From the NCBI GenBank assembly GCA_964016885.1, contig OZ024740.1, positions 424,390,001 to 424,454,000 of the forward strand: DNA of 64,000 bases, given 5' to 3'. Positions 1-12,310 of this stretch are shown piece after piece; position 1 is the stretch's first letter; the number at the start of each line of letters is the position of its first letter. Made by a program: the position numbers and the translations under genes. Source of the DNA: Eledone cirrhosa (taxonomy: Eukaryota). Under the pieces are notes generated by a model that was not told the origin of the DNA, did no database searches, and was given only the letters and a program-made list of their open reading frames with translations.

Positions 1-737
1 TATAGACACAAGGCCAGCAATTTTAGGAGAGAAGAAAGTCGCTTAAATCGACCCCAGTGCGTGACTGGTACTTTAATTTATCGACCCTGTAAGAATGAAA
101 GGCAAAGTTAACCTCAGCGGGATTTGAACTCAGACCGTAAAGGGCCGTAACTCTATGCTGCAGAGCAAGACGTTTGACGCTCTTCCGATACTGCCAATCC
201 ACCAGCCCGCATTATTTAATTATAATAATTGTTTCTACTTTTGGCACAAGGCCAGCAATTATCCAGTGTAATACTGGTACTTTATTTTATCGACCCCGTA
301 AGGATGAAAGGCAAAGTTAACCTCGGCGGGATTTGAACTCAGTCCGTAAAGGGACGTAACTGTGCTGCAAAGCATGGCGTCCGACCCTCTACCGCTACTG
401 CCAAAACTACTATAGACAGAAAGCCAACAATCTTTTGGGGTAGGTGAAAGTCGGTTAAATCGACCCCAGTGCGTGACTGGTACTTTATTTTATCAACCTC
501 ATAAGAATGAAAGGGAAAGTTAACCTCGACGGGATTTAATTATAATAATTATTTCTACTTTTGGCACAAGGCCAGCAATTATCCAGTACATTACTGGTAC
601 TTTTACATTACTGGTACTTTATTTTATCGACCCCGTAAGGATGAAAGGAAAGTTAACCTCGGCGGGATTTGAACTCAGAATGGCAAGGGCCGTAACTCTA
701 TGCATCAAAGCAAGATGTCCGACGCTCTACCGATACT
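1..737 (-). mobile_element. Cluster of four tRNA-derived SINE copies (family A) at ~1-208, 221-403, 411-537 (truncated) and 540-737
   Basis: Reverse complement reads GGTGGATTGGCAGTATCGG (A-box-like), GAGTTCAAATCCC (B box), GAGGTTAACTTTGCCTTTCATCCTTACGGGGTCGATAAAATAAAGTACCAGT and GCTGGCCTTGTGCCAAAAGTAGAAACAATTATT. The same ~190-bp sequence recurs about 15 times in 1-14 kb. Confidence 0.85.
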
Positions 738-959
738 AATAATAAGAATTCCATTGCACTGTTTTTGTCTATCAAACTCTGACTAGTTCAATCCTGTTTA
801 CCTTGAAACATCAATTTGACTTTTTGATGGTTTTATTCCTAAAAATGTAATTACAAATACAAACAAAATACATGGAGTTCAAGGAGAGTTCTTGAAATAT
901 TTTCTTCACACATATTTAGCAAAATATTTTGGTCAGTGATCAAATTATGATACATGTAC

Positions 960-1360
960 TTAACACCCACACACACACACATGAAAACATTACCACATAT
1001 ACATATACACATGAATCTATTGAGACATGCATTAAAACACAAGAAAACATTAACACATACACATACACAGGCACAAGAAAACATTAACACATACACACAC
1101 ACAGGAAAACATTAACACATACACATTAACACACACAAGAAAGCAGTAAGACATACATACACACACACACACACACACAAGAAAACTTAACACATACACA
1201 CACATACACACACACACACAGAGGAAAACTTAACACATACACACACAGGAAAACTTAACACATACACACACACAAGAAAAGGTAACACATACACATACAC
1301 ATTAACACATACACACAAGAAACATAACACACACACACACATACACACAAGAAAACATAA
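960..1360. repeat. Compound (CA)n / AAGAAAACATTAACACATAC low-complexity minisatellite
   Basis: Repeated ACACAAGAAAACATTAACACATACAC motif interleaved with (CA)n. Confidence 0.8.
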
Positions 1361-1417
1361 CTCCTACGACGGAGTTATAGAAATAATTAAATATTTATAG
1401 CTATAGAAGTTTATAGA

Positions 1418-2420
1418 AGTGGTGGTGGTGGTGGTGGTGTTGATGGTGGTGGTGGTGGTGATGGTGTGGTGGTGGTGATGTTGGTGGTGGTGGTGGTGTT
1501 GATGATGGTGGTGGTGGGGGTGTTGATGGTGGTGGGGGTGTTGATGGTGGTGGGGGTGTTGATGGTGGTGGTGGTGTTGATGGTGTGGTGGTGGTGATGT
1601 TGGTGGTGGTGGTGTTGATGATGGTGGTGGTGGGGGTGTTGATGGTGGTGGGGGTGGGGGTGTTGATGGTGGTGGTGGTGTTGATGGTGTGGTGGTGGTG
1701 ATGTTGGTGGTGGTGGTGGTGTTGATGGTGGTGGTGGTGTTGATGGTGTGGTGGTGGTGGTGTTGATGATGGTGGTGGTGGGGGTGTTGATGATGGTGGT
1801 GGTGGGGGTGTTGATGGTGGTGGGGGTGGGGGTGTTGATGGTGGTGGTGGTGTTGATGGTGTGGTGGTGGTGATGTTGGTGGTGGTGGGTGGTGGGGGTG
1901 TTGATGGTGGTGGTGGTGTTGATGGTGGTGGGGGTGTTGATGGTGGTGGTGGTGGGGGTGTTGATGGTGGTGGGGGTGTTGATGGTGGTGGTGGTGGGGG
2001 TGTTGATGGTGGTGGGGGTGTTGATGGTGGTGGTGGTGGGGGTGTTGATGGTGGTGGGGGTGTTGATGGTGGTGGTGGTGTTGATGGGGGTGTTGATGGT
2101 GGTGGTGGGGTGTTGATGGTGGTGGTGGGGGTGTTGATGGTGGTGGTGGAGGTGATGTTGATGGTGGTGGTGGTGGGGGTGTTGATGGTGGTGGTAGGGA
2201 TGATGACGATGATGGTGGTGTTGGTGATGCTAGTGGTGGAGGTGGTGATGATGATGGTGGTGCTGGTGGTGGAGGTGGTGATGATGATGATGGTGGTGCT
2301 AGTGGTGCTGGTGGTGGAGGTGGTGATGATGATGATGGTGGTGCTAGTGGTGCTGGTGGTGGAGGTGGTGATGATGATGATGGTGGTGCTAGTGGTGCTG
2401 GTGGTGGAGGTGGTGACGAT
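1418..2420. repeat. (GGT)n/(GAT)n compound trinucleotide repeat with GGGGTGTTGAT units
   Basis: Directly visible. It explains the low-complexity ORFs 1861..2439 and 1889..2116. Confidence 0.95.
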
Positions 2421-2479
2421 GATAAGGAAGAAGGATTAGAGGGAGGGAGGTTAATCTGAAATCATAGGCACCCTGACAA

Positions 2480-2810
2480 ACATTCCCCGAGGACTTCATT
2501 GATGGTGAAGAAGCAATCCATGTGACCCATTAAGTATTCTACTGAAACGCCATTGTTGGAATAGTCGTCTTCCACGTTTCCCCTGTGTAAATTGCCGTTG
2601 GCACGATAATAGTCTGGTTATATAGAAAGACCTTCATGTTGATGATGAAGGAATTTACCCAGATGTTATTCATTTATCAAACCACAGCTGCTGCCCACCC
2701 CATTCTGGAGCTGCCATCTATCTTTGTATCTCCTTCTGTTGCAATAATGTTACCCAGGTAGGTGAAGTTAGTTATTTCTTCAACTGATCTTCATTGATCT
2801 CAATACCTGT
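2480..2810 (-). mobile_element. Degenerate RTE-type non-LTR retrotransposon, C-terminal RT region
   Basis: Hand translation of the minus strand gives EEITNFTYLGNIIATEGDTKID and TIIVPTAIYTGETWKTT, matching the FxYLG and LLYGxETW motifs of RTE-like ORFs. Stops and frameshifts lie between them. Confidence 0.7.
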
Positions 2811-2839
2811 TCCAGTTATTCCAACTAAAAAAGTCTAAA

Positions 2840-3070
2840 GTCTGTTTCGAACCCAGAGCTTCATTAGGCCGGTGCTTATCCTGGTTTCCGTGGCGTGAAG
2901 CGACTGAGAGTAAATGACTCCTTCTTTGGACAGGACGCCAGTCCATCAAGGGTTAAAGCCCTTGCTATTTATTGTTGGTGCTCATTTTCAGCTGAGTATA
3001 CTGGAGCAATATGAAATGAAATGTTTTTCTCAGGAACATAACACAAGACCCAGTTCAGGAATTGACCAAC
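2840..3070 (-). mobile_element. SINE family B copy inserted in the LINE remnant
   Basis: Shares GGTGCTTATCCTGGTTTC, CTCATTTTCA, TGAGTATACT and GAACA(T/C)AACAC with 10085-10300. Its reverse complement matches the body of 21693-21830. Confidence 0.75.
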
Positions 3071-3109
3071 TCCAATGGAATCTGGTCAGTTATTGTAAGG
3101 GTATGTTTA

Positions 3110-3830
3110 ATCTGGTTGATTCAACGCTTCTTTGAAATATTCTACCTCGGTTACCTCCTCTGTCTTCTACCAGCACTCTTATTCCTTTGCATCAGGTCAC
3201 ACATTATTCGGTGTACTATCTTAGTGTCATTTCTGGTTGCCGTTTCCTGTGCTTCTCTGGTCCACCCATGTTTTCTCTTCATTCTGACACCTTCCTGTCA
3301 CTAGACTGTCCGCTGTTTCGTAGTTCTTCAATTGTTTCAACCACTTCGTACCTTGGCTCTTTCTTTGATTTCTTCTTCGCTTAATTTCTTCACTTTTGTT
3401 AATCAGTTTTCAATCCCTGATCTTATCCTCTTTTCTTTTAGGGAGATTTTTTTGGTCATAAGTCGTTTGGCCACTGTCCATGAAGATTTTTTTTTTTCTT
3501 GAAAGTCGTTTGGCTACTGTCCACTGTCCACTGTCCACCATTGCGTTTCGAAACTTAACTGCACTGTTCCGCTACATCTTTAGACTATTGTAGTTCTTGG
3601 AACATGTTATTGATTTTCAGTTGAAAATTCTGCAGAGCTTGTGCTTCTTTCAATCTTTCTCTTGCGGTCTTTCTACTTTCTTTCGTTGTCATTTTATTCA
3701 ATTTCAGCTGCAACGCTGCCTCAAATGGATGGTGATCTAATTCTACATCTGCACCTTTGTAACTCTGACATCTTGTAACACTTAGCGCCATCTTTTGTTA
3801 ATACAGATGTAGTTAATTTCATTCTCGTCG
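3110..3830 (-). mobile_element. Degenerate RTE-type LINE, APE endonuclease C-terminus and linker
   Basis: Minus strand gives NEINYICINKRWR*VLQDVR, then a frameshift to YKGADVELDHH, matching NEIDY...DVRxYRGADxxSDH. The linker LKEAQALQNFQLKINNMFQEL follows (ORF 3585..3791). Confidence 0.75.
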
Positions 3831-4407
3831 ATCAAAGAAGAGCTGCAATTTACCGCCCTCCTTCATGTAGTAAACCAAGAAATTTTAATTAATTAAAATT
3901 ATACATAGACAGACATTATCATCCACTAAACACACAGAGGGGAATATCTCATTCAAATCATACCCTATTGTCTAAAATATTGGACACCGTGGATAATAGA
4001 GACCATGCTGCGCAATGTTTGAGTGAAGGACAGGATAGTCATGGTGGATGGTCTTTTCTTATCAGGCTGATGTAGACCTAAATAACGAGAGCAACACGAG
4101 CCAAACAGTGAACATCTAAGAGGATGTTCGAATATCTAGAAATAGTAGCTAAATCTTTTTATCAAACCTCAAAACCTCAAACTGAATATTAGTAGTTCGA
4201 GATATTTCTAAAACAGTGAAAGATTCAGGGTTGGAACGCTATTTATTATATATCTCATAAACCAGGGTTGTCCTGGACACGCCCCTCCTCTACATATCCT
4301 CATGTGTTCAATTAAGCTCTGATTGCAGTGTTTAATTAGAACTGTTTTACCAACATTTCAATATGAAATTCCTCAAAATCTTGAACCCGGCAGCATTTAG
4401 AGAAACT

Positions 4408-5049
4408 AGTCTCGGGTCTCGAATACCCTCCCCCCCACTCACCGCTTATTAATTTTTCAGATTTGTTTCACCCCCCGCCCACTCTTATCCCCCTCCCCCT
4501 GCTCATTAAATTTTTCTAATCTCTCTCCAGAGAAATTTTGGTTTTATAAAAAATCAACAGACAACCTAGAAAAATTACCAATTTTCCAACACCCCCACCT
4601 ATTCCACCCCCTCGCTTATTCCACCCCCATCTATTCCACCCCCTTATTCCACCTCACGTTTATTCTACCCTTCGGTTATTCCAACCCCCTGGCTTATCCC
4701 CCACCACTTATACCGACCCTTTTGTTTATCTCCTCCCAACTCGCTTATTTCACCCCTGTTTATTCCAATACCCCCTCTTATTCCAACCCCCCGCATATTC
4801 CACCCCACGCTTATTCCAGCCCTTATCTCCCCCTATTATGAGGGCGGTGGATTGGCAGTATAGGTAGAGGGTCGGACGCCATGCTTTGCAGCATAGAGTT
4901 ACGGCCCTTTATGGTCTGCGTTCAAATCCCGCCGAGGTTAACTTTGCCTTTCATCCTTACGGAGTCGATAAAATAAAGTACCAGTAATGCACAGGGTAAT
5001 TGCTGGCCTTGTGCCTAAAGTAGAAACAATTATTTGGGACCCGAGAGTA
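4408..5049. mobile_element. Non-autonomous TIR element (MITE-like), copy 1, with internal CTTATTCCACCCC repeats and a nested SINE
   Basis: Ends TAGTCTCGGGTCTCGAATA and TATTTGGGACCCGAGAGTA form an imperfect TIR with terminal TA. A second copy is at 5438-5963 and a partial inverted copy at 18817-18947. Confidence 0.6.
4843..5035 (+). mobile_element. SINE family A, full length, nested in TIR element
   Basis: GGCGGTGGATTGGCAGTA...GTTCAAATCCCGCCGAGG...GTAGAAACAATTATT. Confidence 0.85.
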
Positions 5050-5096
5050 AGTAGCGAGACTTCTCAACATAAAGAGAAATAATAAAAATCTCATTT

Positions 5097-5285
5097 AATT
5101 AATTGTTTCTACTTTTGGCACAAGACCAGCAATTAACCAGTACATTACTGGTACGTTATGTTATCGACCCCGTAAGGATGAAAGGCAAAGTTAACCTCGG
5201 CGGGATTTGAACTCAGAATGGCAAGGGCCGTAACTCTATGCGTCAAAGCATGGTGTCCGACCCTCTACCGATACTGCCAATCCAC
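5097..5285 (-). mobile_element. SINE family A
   Basis: Reverse-complement match to 4843-5035. Confidence 0.85.
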
Positions 5286-5437
5286 AATTAATGTCATTTA
5301 GTCAGCGACAAACTTAAAAATAATTAAAATGTTACTGATGCTTTAAAATTAAACTAATTGTTTCTTGTTTATTCTAGCCTCTGGTCATACTTCATTAAAC
5401 TTACATCAAACATTGGATAGTGTATTTCTAAATGTGA

Positions 5438-5963
5438 TTCTCGGGTTCGAATACCCCCCCCCCCCCTTATTAATCTTTCTGCCCCTCCACCCCCACCCAC
5501 CCACTCTTATCCACCACCCTGCTTATTAAATTTTACTAATCTATCCCCGGCAAAATTTTATTTTAAGTGGTAGCATTCCTGCGACAATTAATTTTCTTTT
5601 AAATTAAAAAAAAACATTATACATGACAATCCATTATAAATTGGATGGGTTGGGGTCTCAATGTGTAAAGGCGGTGGATTGGCAGTATCGGTAGAAGGTC
5701 GGACGCCATGCTTTGCAGCATAGAGTTACGCTCTTTTACGGTTTGAGCTCAAATCCCGCCGTGGTTAACTTTGCCTTTCATCCTTACGGGGTCGATAAAA
5801 TAAAGTACCAGTAATGTACTGGATTAATTGCTGGCTTTGTGCCAAAAGTAGAAACTATATAAACTAAACGACTAATTTGGGTTCTTAAAAAAAAAATCAA
5901 CAGAGACAACCTAGAAAAATTACTCCCCATCGTCCCCCACCCTATTATTTGGGACCCGAGAGT
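5438..5963. mobile_element. TIR element copy 2, containing SINE family A at 5670-5858 (+)
   Basis: Starts TCTCGGGTTCGAATACCCC, ends TATTATTTGGGACCCGAGAGTA, and shares internal ACAACCTAGAAAAATTAC with copy 1. Confidence 0.6.
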
Positions 5964-6078
5964 ATCCAAAAATATGATAATCTGGCCATGACTGGAATGC
6001 TTTTGTTAATAGGAGTCAAACACCAGAACAGCCGTAAGTGATTTGAGCGAGTAGAACGTAGTAAATAGACGGTGGATT

Positions 6079-6660
6079 GGCAGAGTCGTTAGAAGGTCGG
6101 ATAGAATGGTAGAGTCGCTAGAACGTCGGATAGAATGGTAGAGTGGTTAGAACGTCAGATAGAATGGTAGAGTCGTTAGAAGGTCAGATAGAATGGTAGA
6201 GTGGTTAGAACGTCAGATAGAATGGTAGAGTTGCTAGAACGTCAGATAGAATGGTAGAGTGGTTAGAATGTCAGATAGAGTGGCAGAGTAGTTAGAAGGT
6301 CAGATAGAATGGTAGAGTCGTTAGAAGGTCAGATAGAATGGTAGAGTCGTTAGAACGTCAGATAGAATGGTAGAGTGGTTAGAACGTCAGATAGAATGGT
6401 AGAGTCGTTAGAATGTCAGTTAGAATGGTAGAGTTGTTAGAAGGTCAGATAGAATGGTAGAGTGGTTAGAAGGTCAGATAGAATGGTAGAGTCGTTAGAA
6501 GGTCAGATAGAATGGTGGAGTGGTTAGAACATCAGATAGAGTGGCAGAGCCGTTAGAAGGTCAGATAGAATGGTAGAGTGGTTAGAAGGTCAGATAGAAT
6601 GGTAGAGTGGTTAGAAGGTCAGATAGAATGGCAGAGTCGTTAGAAGGTCAGATAGAATGG
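6079..6660 (+). repeat. 29-bp minisatellite (~20 copies) amplified from a SINE 5' head
   Basis: Unit GTAGAGT(C/G)GTTAGAA(G/C)GTCAGATAGAATG. It is preceded by CGGTGGATTGGCAG and matches the head of the SINE at 6879. Confidence 0.9.
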
Positions 6661-6878
6661 TTTGTTGTGAAGGTCGATTCTTCCTCTAATATCTCTTTCT
6701 CACATCCTTTCTCTCACTCTCTCTTATCCTTCTCTGAAAGAAATCTGCTGTATTCAAACCTGGAGAGATGGGTTCTGTCAGGTTTTAAAATGCCCCAGAA
6801 ATGCCATTTGTCAATACGGCACCCCAACGACTCCTTAGAAGTTACGGGTCTATACCATAATAAGGTAGTAGTAGTATA

Positions 6879-7215
6879 GGCGGTGGATTGGCAGGAGGCG
6901 TTAGAACGTCGAACAGAATGCTTTGTGGTATTTGTTCCGGCTATCTGTTCAAATCCCGCCGAGGTCAACTTTGCCTTTCATCCTTTCGAAGTCGATAAAA
7001 AAGTACCAGTCTAATACTGGGGTCGATTCTTTCTCTATATCTCTTCCTCACTGCCCTTGTCCCTCTCTCCTTCCATGGAAGAAATCTGCGTTTATTCAGA
7101 CCTGGAGAGGAAATGAGCTCCACCAGGTTTTAAAAAGCCCCAAGAGACTCCGTATGTTTATACAGCGTCACATACTAGCCCACCAGGAGTTACGGGACTA
7201 TACCATAAGGTAGTA
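6879..7215 (+). mobile_element. SINE with a family-A head and a different 3' tail; a second copy of the tail lies at 6670-6878
   Basis: Head with GTTCAAATCCCGCCGAGG. The tail GAAATCTGC..CCTGGAGAG..GGTTTTAAAA..GTTACGGG.CTATACCATAA..GGTAGTA is seen twice. Confidence 0.7.
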
Positions 7216-8589
7216 ATGGTGACAACACTGAACCTGCGGATCGCTCCTGTGTTGGTCAGTAACTGCTCTAGGTAAACCTTACAACACCGTATTGTGGAGA
7301 ATTCTGTGGAACAAGTAAGACATAACATAGGGTGGCAGGTAGGCCAGTTAATTTGGATCTACGATTATGAGGAGACATATTCTTCTTAAGTTCTATGTTT
7401 TGAATTTTGTTTTACCACTTGAAAGCTCCTATTGTACACTACATATACAAATAGATAACAATAACCCAAATATAACTCATGTATTTAGCTAAGTTTCTAA
7501 TTACGTAATGAGTTGTTGTGGGGCTTACCTTTCAATATCTAGTCTAACCCTATAGTTAGTTTTCATGACCTATATTCACATCTGGTCTTATTCTGTTATT
7601 AACTTTGAGAGTTTACTTTTCACATCTGGCCTGTGGCTAGTACCAGCTTTGCTTGAGAAGCCATGTTGGGGACTATGTCATTTCAATTCTTGTTTGAAAT
7701 CGTTTCATTTTTGTTTCAGTTACACTACAAATAATATTTTCAGGAAATGCGGAAATATCGTGTCATGGCCATTTCAACAAGTCATTAATCCTATTCTCCT
7801 TAAGTCAGTAAAAAAAAAAGAAAGACTATTTTCCACATATCAAGTTATCTCCCTTTCTTTTGCTTTCTCAGTCATAGGTCATATATGTCATGTTCCTATA
7901 ATAAGTTCTCCCTCTCCACTAAAGTCATTTCCTCGAACAACACGACTGCTATAACTTTTCCTTCTGCCAATAAATACTTCTCTACTTGTAGTTCTGCCAG
8001 ATTTCTTCAGTAGACATTTATTCAGTGGTTTATCTTTCTAATACAGTTTATTCAAAGAGAAAAGACGGCAGTGGTACAACAGCACAGCTAAAATGTTACA
8101 ATTCCTTTTTTCCTAACACTTTCATCGCTTAACTTTCAGATCCACAAATACGGCGATAGAAGGGACAGACAAAACAGCAGATTTTTTTAAGTACAATAGT
8201 TTTTATGTCTTAATGGCGTCAGTTAATTTTATTGCTGTTGTCACGTAACAGGTTTATTTACCTATTAGCTAGCGAAAGAAAAAAGAAATACCTGCACAGA
8301 AGTAACTAAATTCTCTGTGTGATGCGAGTGTCTGTGAATGTAAGCTGAAAAATCATGTCAAGCTATCACGTGATCCCCCTCCCTCTGTGCCGCTTACGAA
8401 AATGTGGAATAAGACTATAAAATCATGATGCCATGGCGGTGGAGTGTAAAACGAGACATATATATATATATTTTTTACAATGGTATTTATAAATTTTATT
8501 GAGCCTCAATAAACATTTATGATGTATAAATTTTCTATTTTCGAAATATTTAAATTCCTGTCAGTTGAAGGTGTTTGAAACTACATATT

Positions 8590-8648
<59 letters not shown>

Positions 8649-8679
8649 GTATATATACATATATATTTATGATATGTAA

Positions 8680-8727
<48 letters not shown>

Positions 8728-8803
8728 CAATCTATCTTTAATATATTTATGTATATATATATATATATATATACATATATATTTATGATATGTAAATATA
8801 TAT

Positions 8804-8841
<38 letters not shown>

Positions 8842-8893
8842 GTATAATAAAGTTAATAAAAAGTCAAATGTTTAAAATTTAGCTTCGTTTATT

Positions 8894-8948
8894 ACTGCTA
8901 TATATATTTCAGTGACAGCCATCTTTGGCTGTGACCTCTTCAGGCAGT
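8894..8948 (-). ncRNA. Minimal type I hammerhead ribozyme motif
   Basis: Minus strand: ACTGC CTGAAGA GGTCACAGCC aaagat GGCTGTCACT GAAA T ATAT A T A GCAGT. Stem I ACTGC/GCAGT, canonical core, stem II with one mismatch, palindromic loop 3, AUA cleavage triplet. Confidence 0.8.
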
Positions 8949-10084
8949 CTGAATTAGTATGGTATAGACAAGTACATATGTTGTTGAGGTGTATAATTTT
9001 GTCAATACTCTGATATGCCCAGTTCCTTGTTGGGTTGTTATTTCACTGGGGAACTGGAATCATATTGGTAGCTTACAGTTTATCGCACCTTGAATTGTTT
9101 TAATGAAGTAAAGGTGGTCGGGTTAGACAATCTGAGTGTTCTGCTAAAAATTGATAATTTGCCATCAGTAAATTATAAACATGTAGCAATGAGTTGGATG
9201 TGAGGTTATTAAGGGGACCAGGGAGATGAGTTAGAAAAAGAGGGAACACAATGGAAAATAACAGTTACAGATTAGATCCTAAATATATCACAAGTCAAGT
9301 CATTGAGCAAACATAATTAGGCAAGAGTGGGGAAATTTGGTGAAGAATATCGTATTGTGAGGTGCAATATATTGTCAATGATAACTAACCACAAACTAGG
9401 TATTCATATAATGAAAATGATAATATATATATATATATATATATTTATTTATTGTTATACTTGGGGAGGGTCATATTGTTGTAATAATTTTGCCAGAAAT
9501 AATAACAGAACACACTCACTTTATGGTTGGTTTTCGCTTCTGTATCTTTTTTATCTCCATAGTTAATTTATTTGGCAATTAATGTTTATCATTGATTGAC
9601 CAACTATATAAGAGAGAGAGAGAGAGAGACTCTACTAATACTGCCAATTCACCACACTATCATTAGCGATAACAACAACAGCAGCAACAACAGCTATATT
9701 ATGGCAGCTATTGTATTGCTGCTGCTATCGTATTTTAGAATATTGTAAGGTGTACAGTCAATCAAAGTATGATATCTATTTAATAACCATCATTGATATT
9801 TCAAATCCTGTAGAATTTAATTCAAGTAATATTTAATCCGCAGCTTTACAAACTGTTTGCTAAATGCATTAAATGGAACGATATTTTCTCGTACACTCAT
9901 CAAACTCAATAAGTTAGGAAGAGATAATTCGAGTGATAATTTAGAAAAGGTAACAATTTCTCCCGAGGAGGATTAGTTTGAACTAAACTACTCATTCCTG
10001 CTGTCGTTTAATAAATAATTTAGCAGTGTCTTAAAGAAGAAATATATTGCAAGTTAATACACTAAAGAGTCTAAAGTATGTGCT

Positions 10085-10300
10085 TACCCCGGGGGTTCAT
10101 CAGGTTGGTGCTTATCCTGGTTTCACTGGCGTTAAGTGACTGAGACTACCTTCCTCAACAGGACACTTGGTACTCATTTTCAATTGAGTATACTAGAGCA
10201 ACGTGAAGTGCTTTGCTCAAGAACACAACACACAACCCAGTCCGAGAATCGAACCGACGGCATTATGATCCTAATTCAAGACACCATTAGGTCACACGCC
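10085..10300 (-). mobile_element. SINE family B
   Basis: Reverse complement has GGTTCGATTCTCGG (B box) followed by TGTGTTGTGTTCTTGAGCAAAGCACTT. Confidence 0.75.
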
Positions 10301-10360
10301 TCCACTGAAATAATATACCGTGTCATTTATTACTAATGATTTCTAACTTCGGCCTACGAC

Positions 10361-10543
10361 TAATAATTGTTTCTACTTTTGGCACAAGGCCAGCAATTAC
10401 CCAGTACATTACTGGTACATTATTTTATCGACCACGTAAGGATGAAAGGCAAAGTTAACCTTGGCTAGATAAGAACTCAGTTCGTAAAGGGACGCAACTC
10501 TATGCTGGAAAGCATGGCGTCTGACTCTCTACCGATACCGCCC
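10361..10543 (-). mobile_element. SINE family A (an older degenerate copy follows at ~10560-10745)
   Basis: Match to the family A consensus. Confidence 0.8.
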
Positions 10544-10967
10544 TTCCCTAATAATGGTAGGTTGTATGAGAAAGTTGATTAAATTGAGTACTTGGCAGCT
10601 ACTTAATTTAATAACCCTAGAAGGATTAAATAGAAAACTGACCTCGGTGGGAGTTGAACTCACAACATCCATGACCCTAACTAATAAACTAAAGATGTAA
10701 CACAGTATTTTTCATTCGGCGCTCTATCGTTTGTGCTATCCAATTTCTTTATCTATTTAATTTTGCATCATTAATAATTCATAATATCGTATACTGATTT
10801 ATGCAAATTCCCGGATGTATAAAGGCTCCTATGAAGTCACTTTAGTGTTTGTCGGTGAATTAGAGTTTCCTATGTAGTCTCCTATCGGGTCTTTTACACA
10901 GAGCCCAATATTAGACTTTCACCACAACCTTATTATTGACAAGACTCCACTAAGGTGAAGAATTGGA

Positions 10968-11400
10968 GCGGGTGGCAGGGATGGAGATAGAGCATCGGAG
11001 ACCATGCTTTGCGGCATATAGTTACATCCCTTTACCTTCTGAGTTCAAATCTCGCCGAAGTTAAGCTTTGCCTTTCATCTTTACGGGTTCGATAAAATAA
11101 AGTACCAGTAATACAGTGGGTGGATTTTATCGACTACCCCCCCACCCCCCCCGCCCAAAAATTGTTGATGTTGTGCTAAAATCAGAAACCATTATTTATA
11201 GATGGATTGACGGTGGATTGGCAGTATCGGAGGATGGTTGGACGCCATGCTTTGATGCATAGAGTTACGGCCCTTGCCATTCTGAGTTCAAATCCCGCCG
11301 AGGTTAACTTTGCCTTTCGTCCTTACGGGGTTGATAAAATAAAGTACCAGTAATACACTGATTAATTGCTGGCCTTGTGCCAAATGTTGAAACAATTATT
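10968..11400 (+). mobile_element. Two tandem SINE family A copies (10968-11197, 11209-11400)
   Basis: Both have GAGTTCAAAT(C/T) B boxes and the shared body. Confidence 0.85.
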
Positions 11401-12161
11401 TTCAGATGCTAGGATGGGATTCGAGGGACATTATCTGATTACCTTTGGCTGCCTCGATAACATGTCTGAACCAAATACTTGCAACGGATTCATGTAAAGA
11501 CGTAGAATGACAAGGTGGGACTTGGATTAAGTTTGTTGATGTCTGAAACACGAGTATTCACGTAAATGATTTTACCTTTTATCCTTTAGAAGGATCGATG
11601 AAATAAGTTGAATAACAAGTATTGATGAGGTGGAGGGAAGGTATAGGGAGGGTGGTCTTAATTAACTATCACCCCACCCTAACTAAATCTGAGGACTTGT
11701 ACATAAGTTATAAATCAGTAATATATAATCAATGAAGGTGATGGGAGATATCTTGTGAAATTCCCACCGGGAAGAAGTGATGGTGAGGGTGGTAGGGTTA
11801 TAAATCGGACACACGAACGATACATATATAATGTATAATACGATACTATACAACAACATCAACAACAATGCCAATAACAAAAGTAACATTGAGAACAAAT
11901 TCAACTTACACCTCCATCGATGCATAAAGTGATGTAACATATCCCGTTCTAGTCGGCTGAATTTTGAACAGTTAACTTGAAGTAACAAAACACAGATAAA
12001 ACCTAAAACAATCTAAAAATGTCATTTCATCCTTCAGTGCCGACATAACGACAATCTTGTCTCATTTAGCAGCACCAAGACGCCGTCACTTACAGGAAAC
12101 ACACTCCTAACACTATATATGTATACACACACACACACATATATATATATATGTATATATA

Positions 12162-12275
<114 letters not shown>

Positions 12276-12310
12276 AAAGAATAGAGGTGTAACACACAAG
12301 TTATTATATA

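Noticed and set aside
1861-2439. Gly/Val-rich ORFs
   Set aside because: Translations of a (GGT)n repeat.
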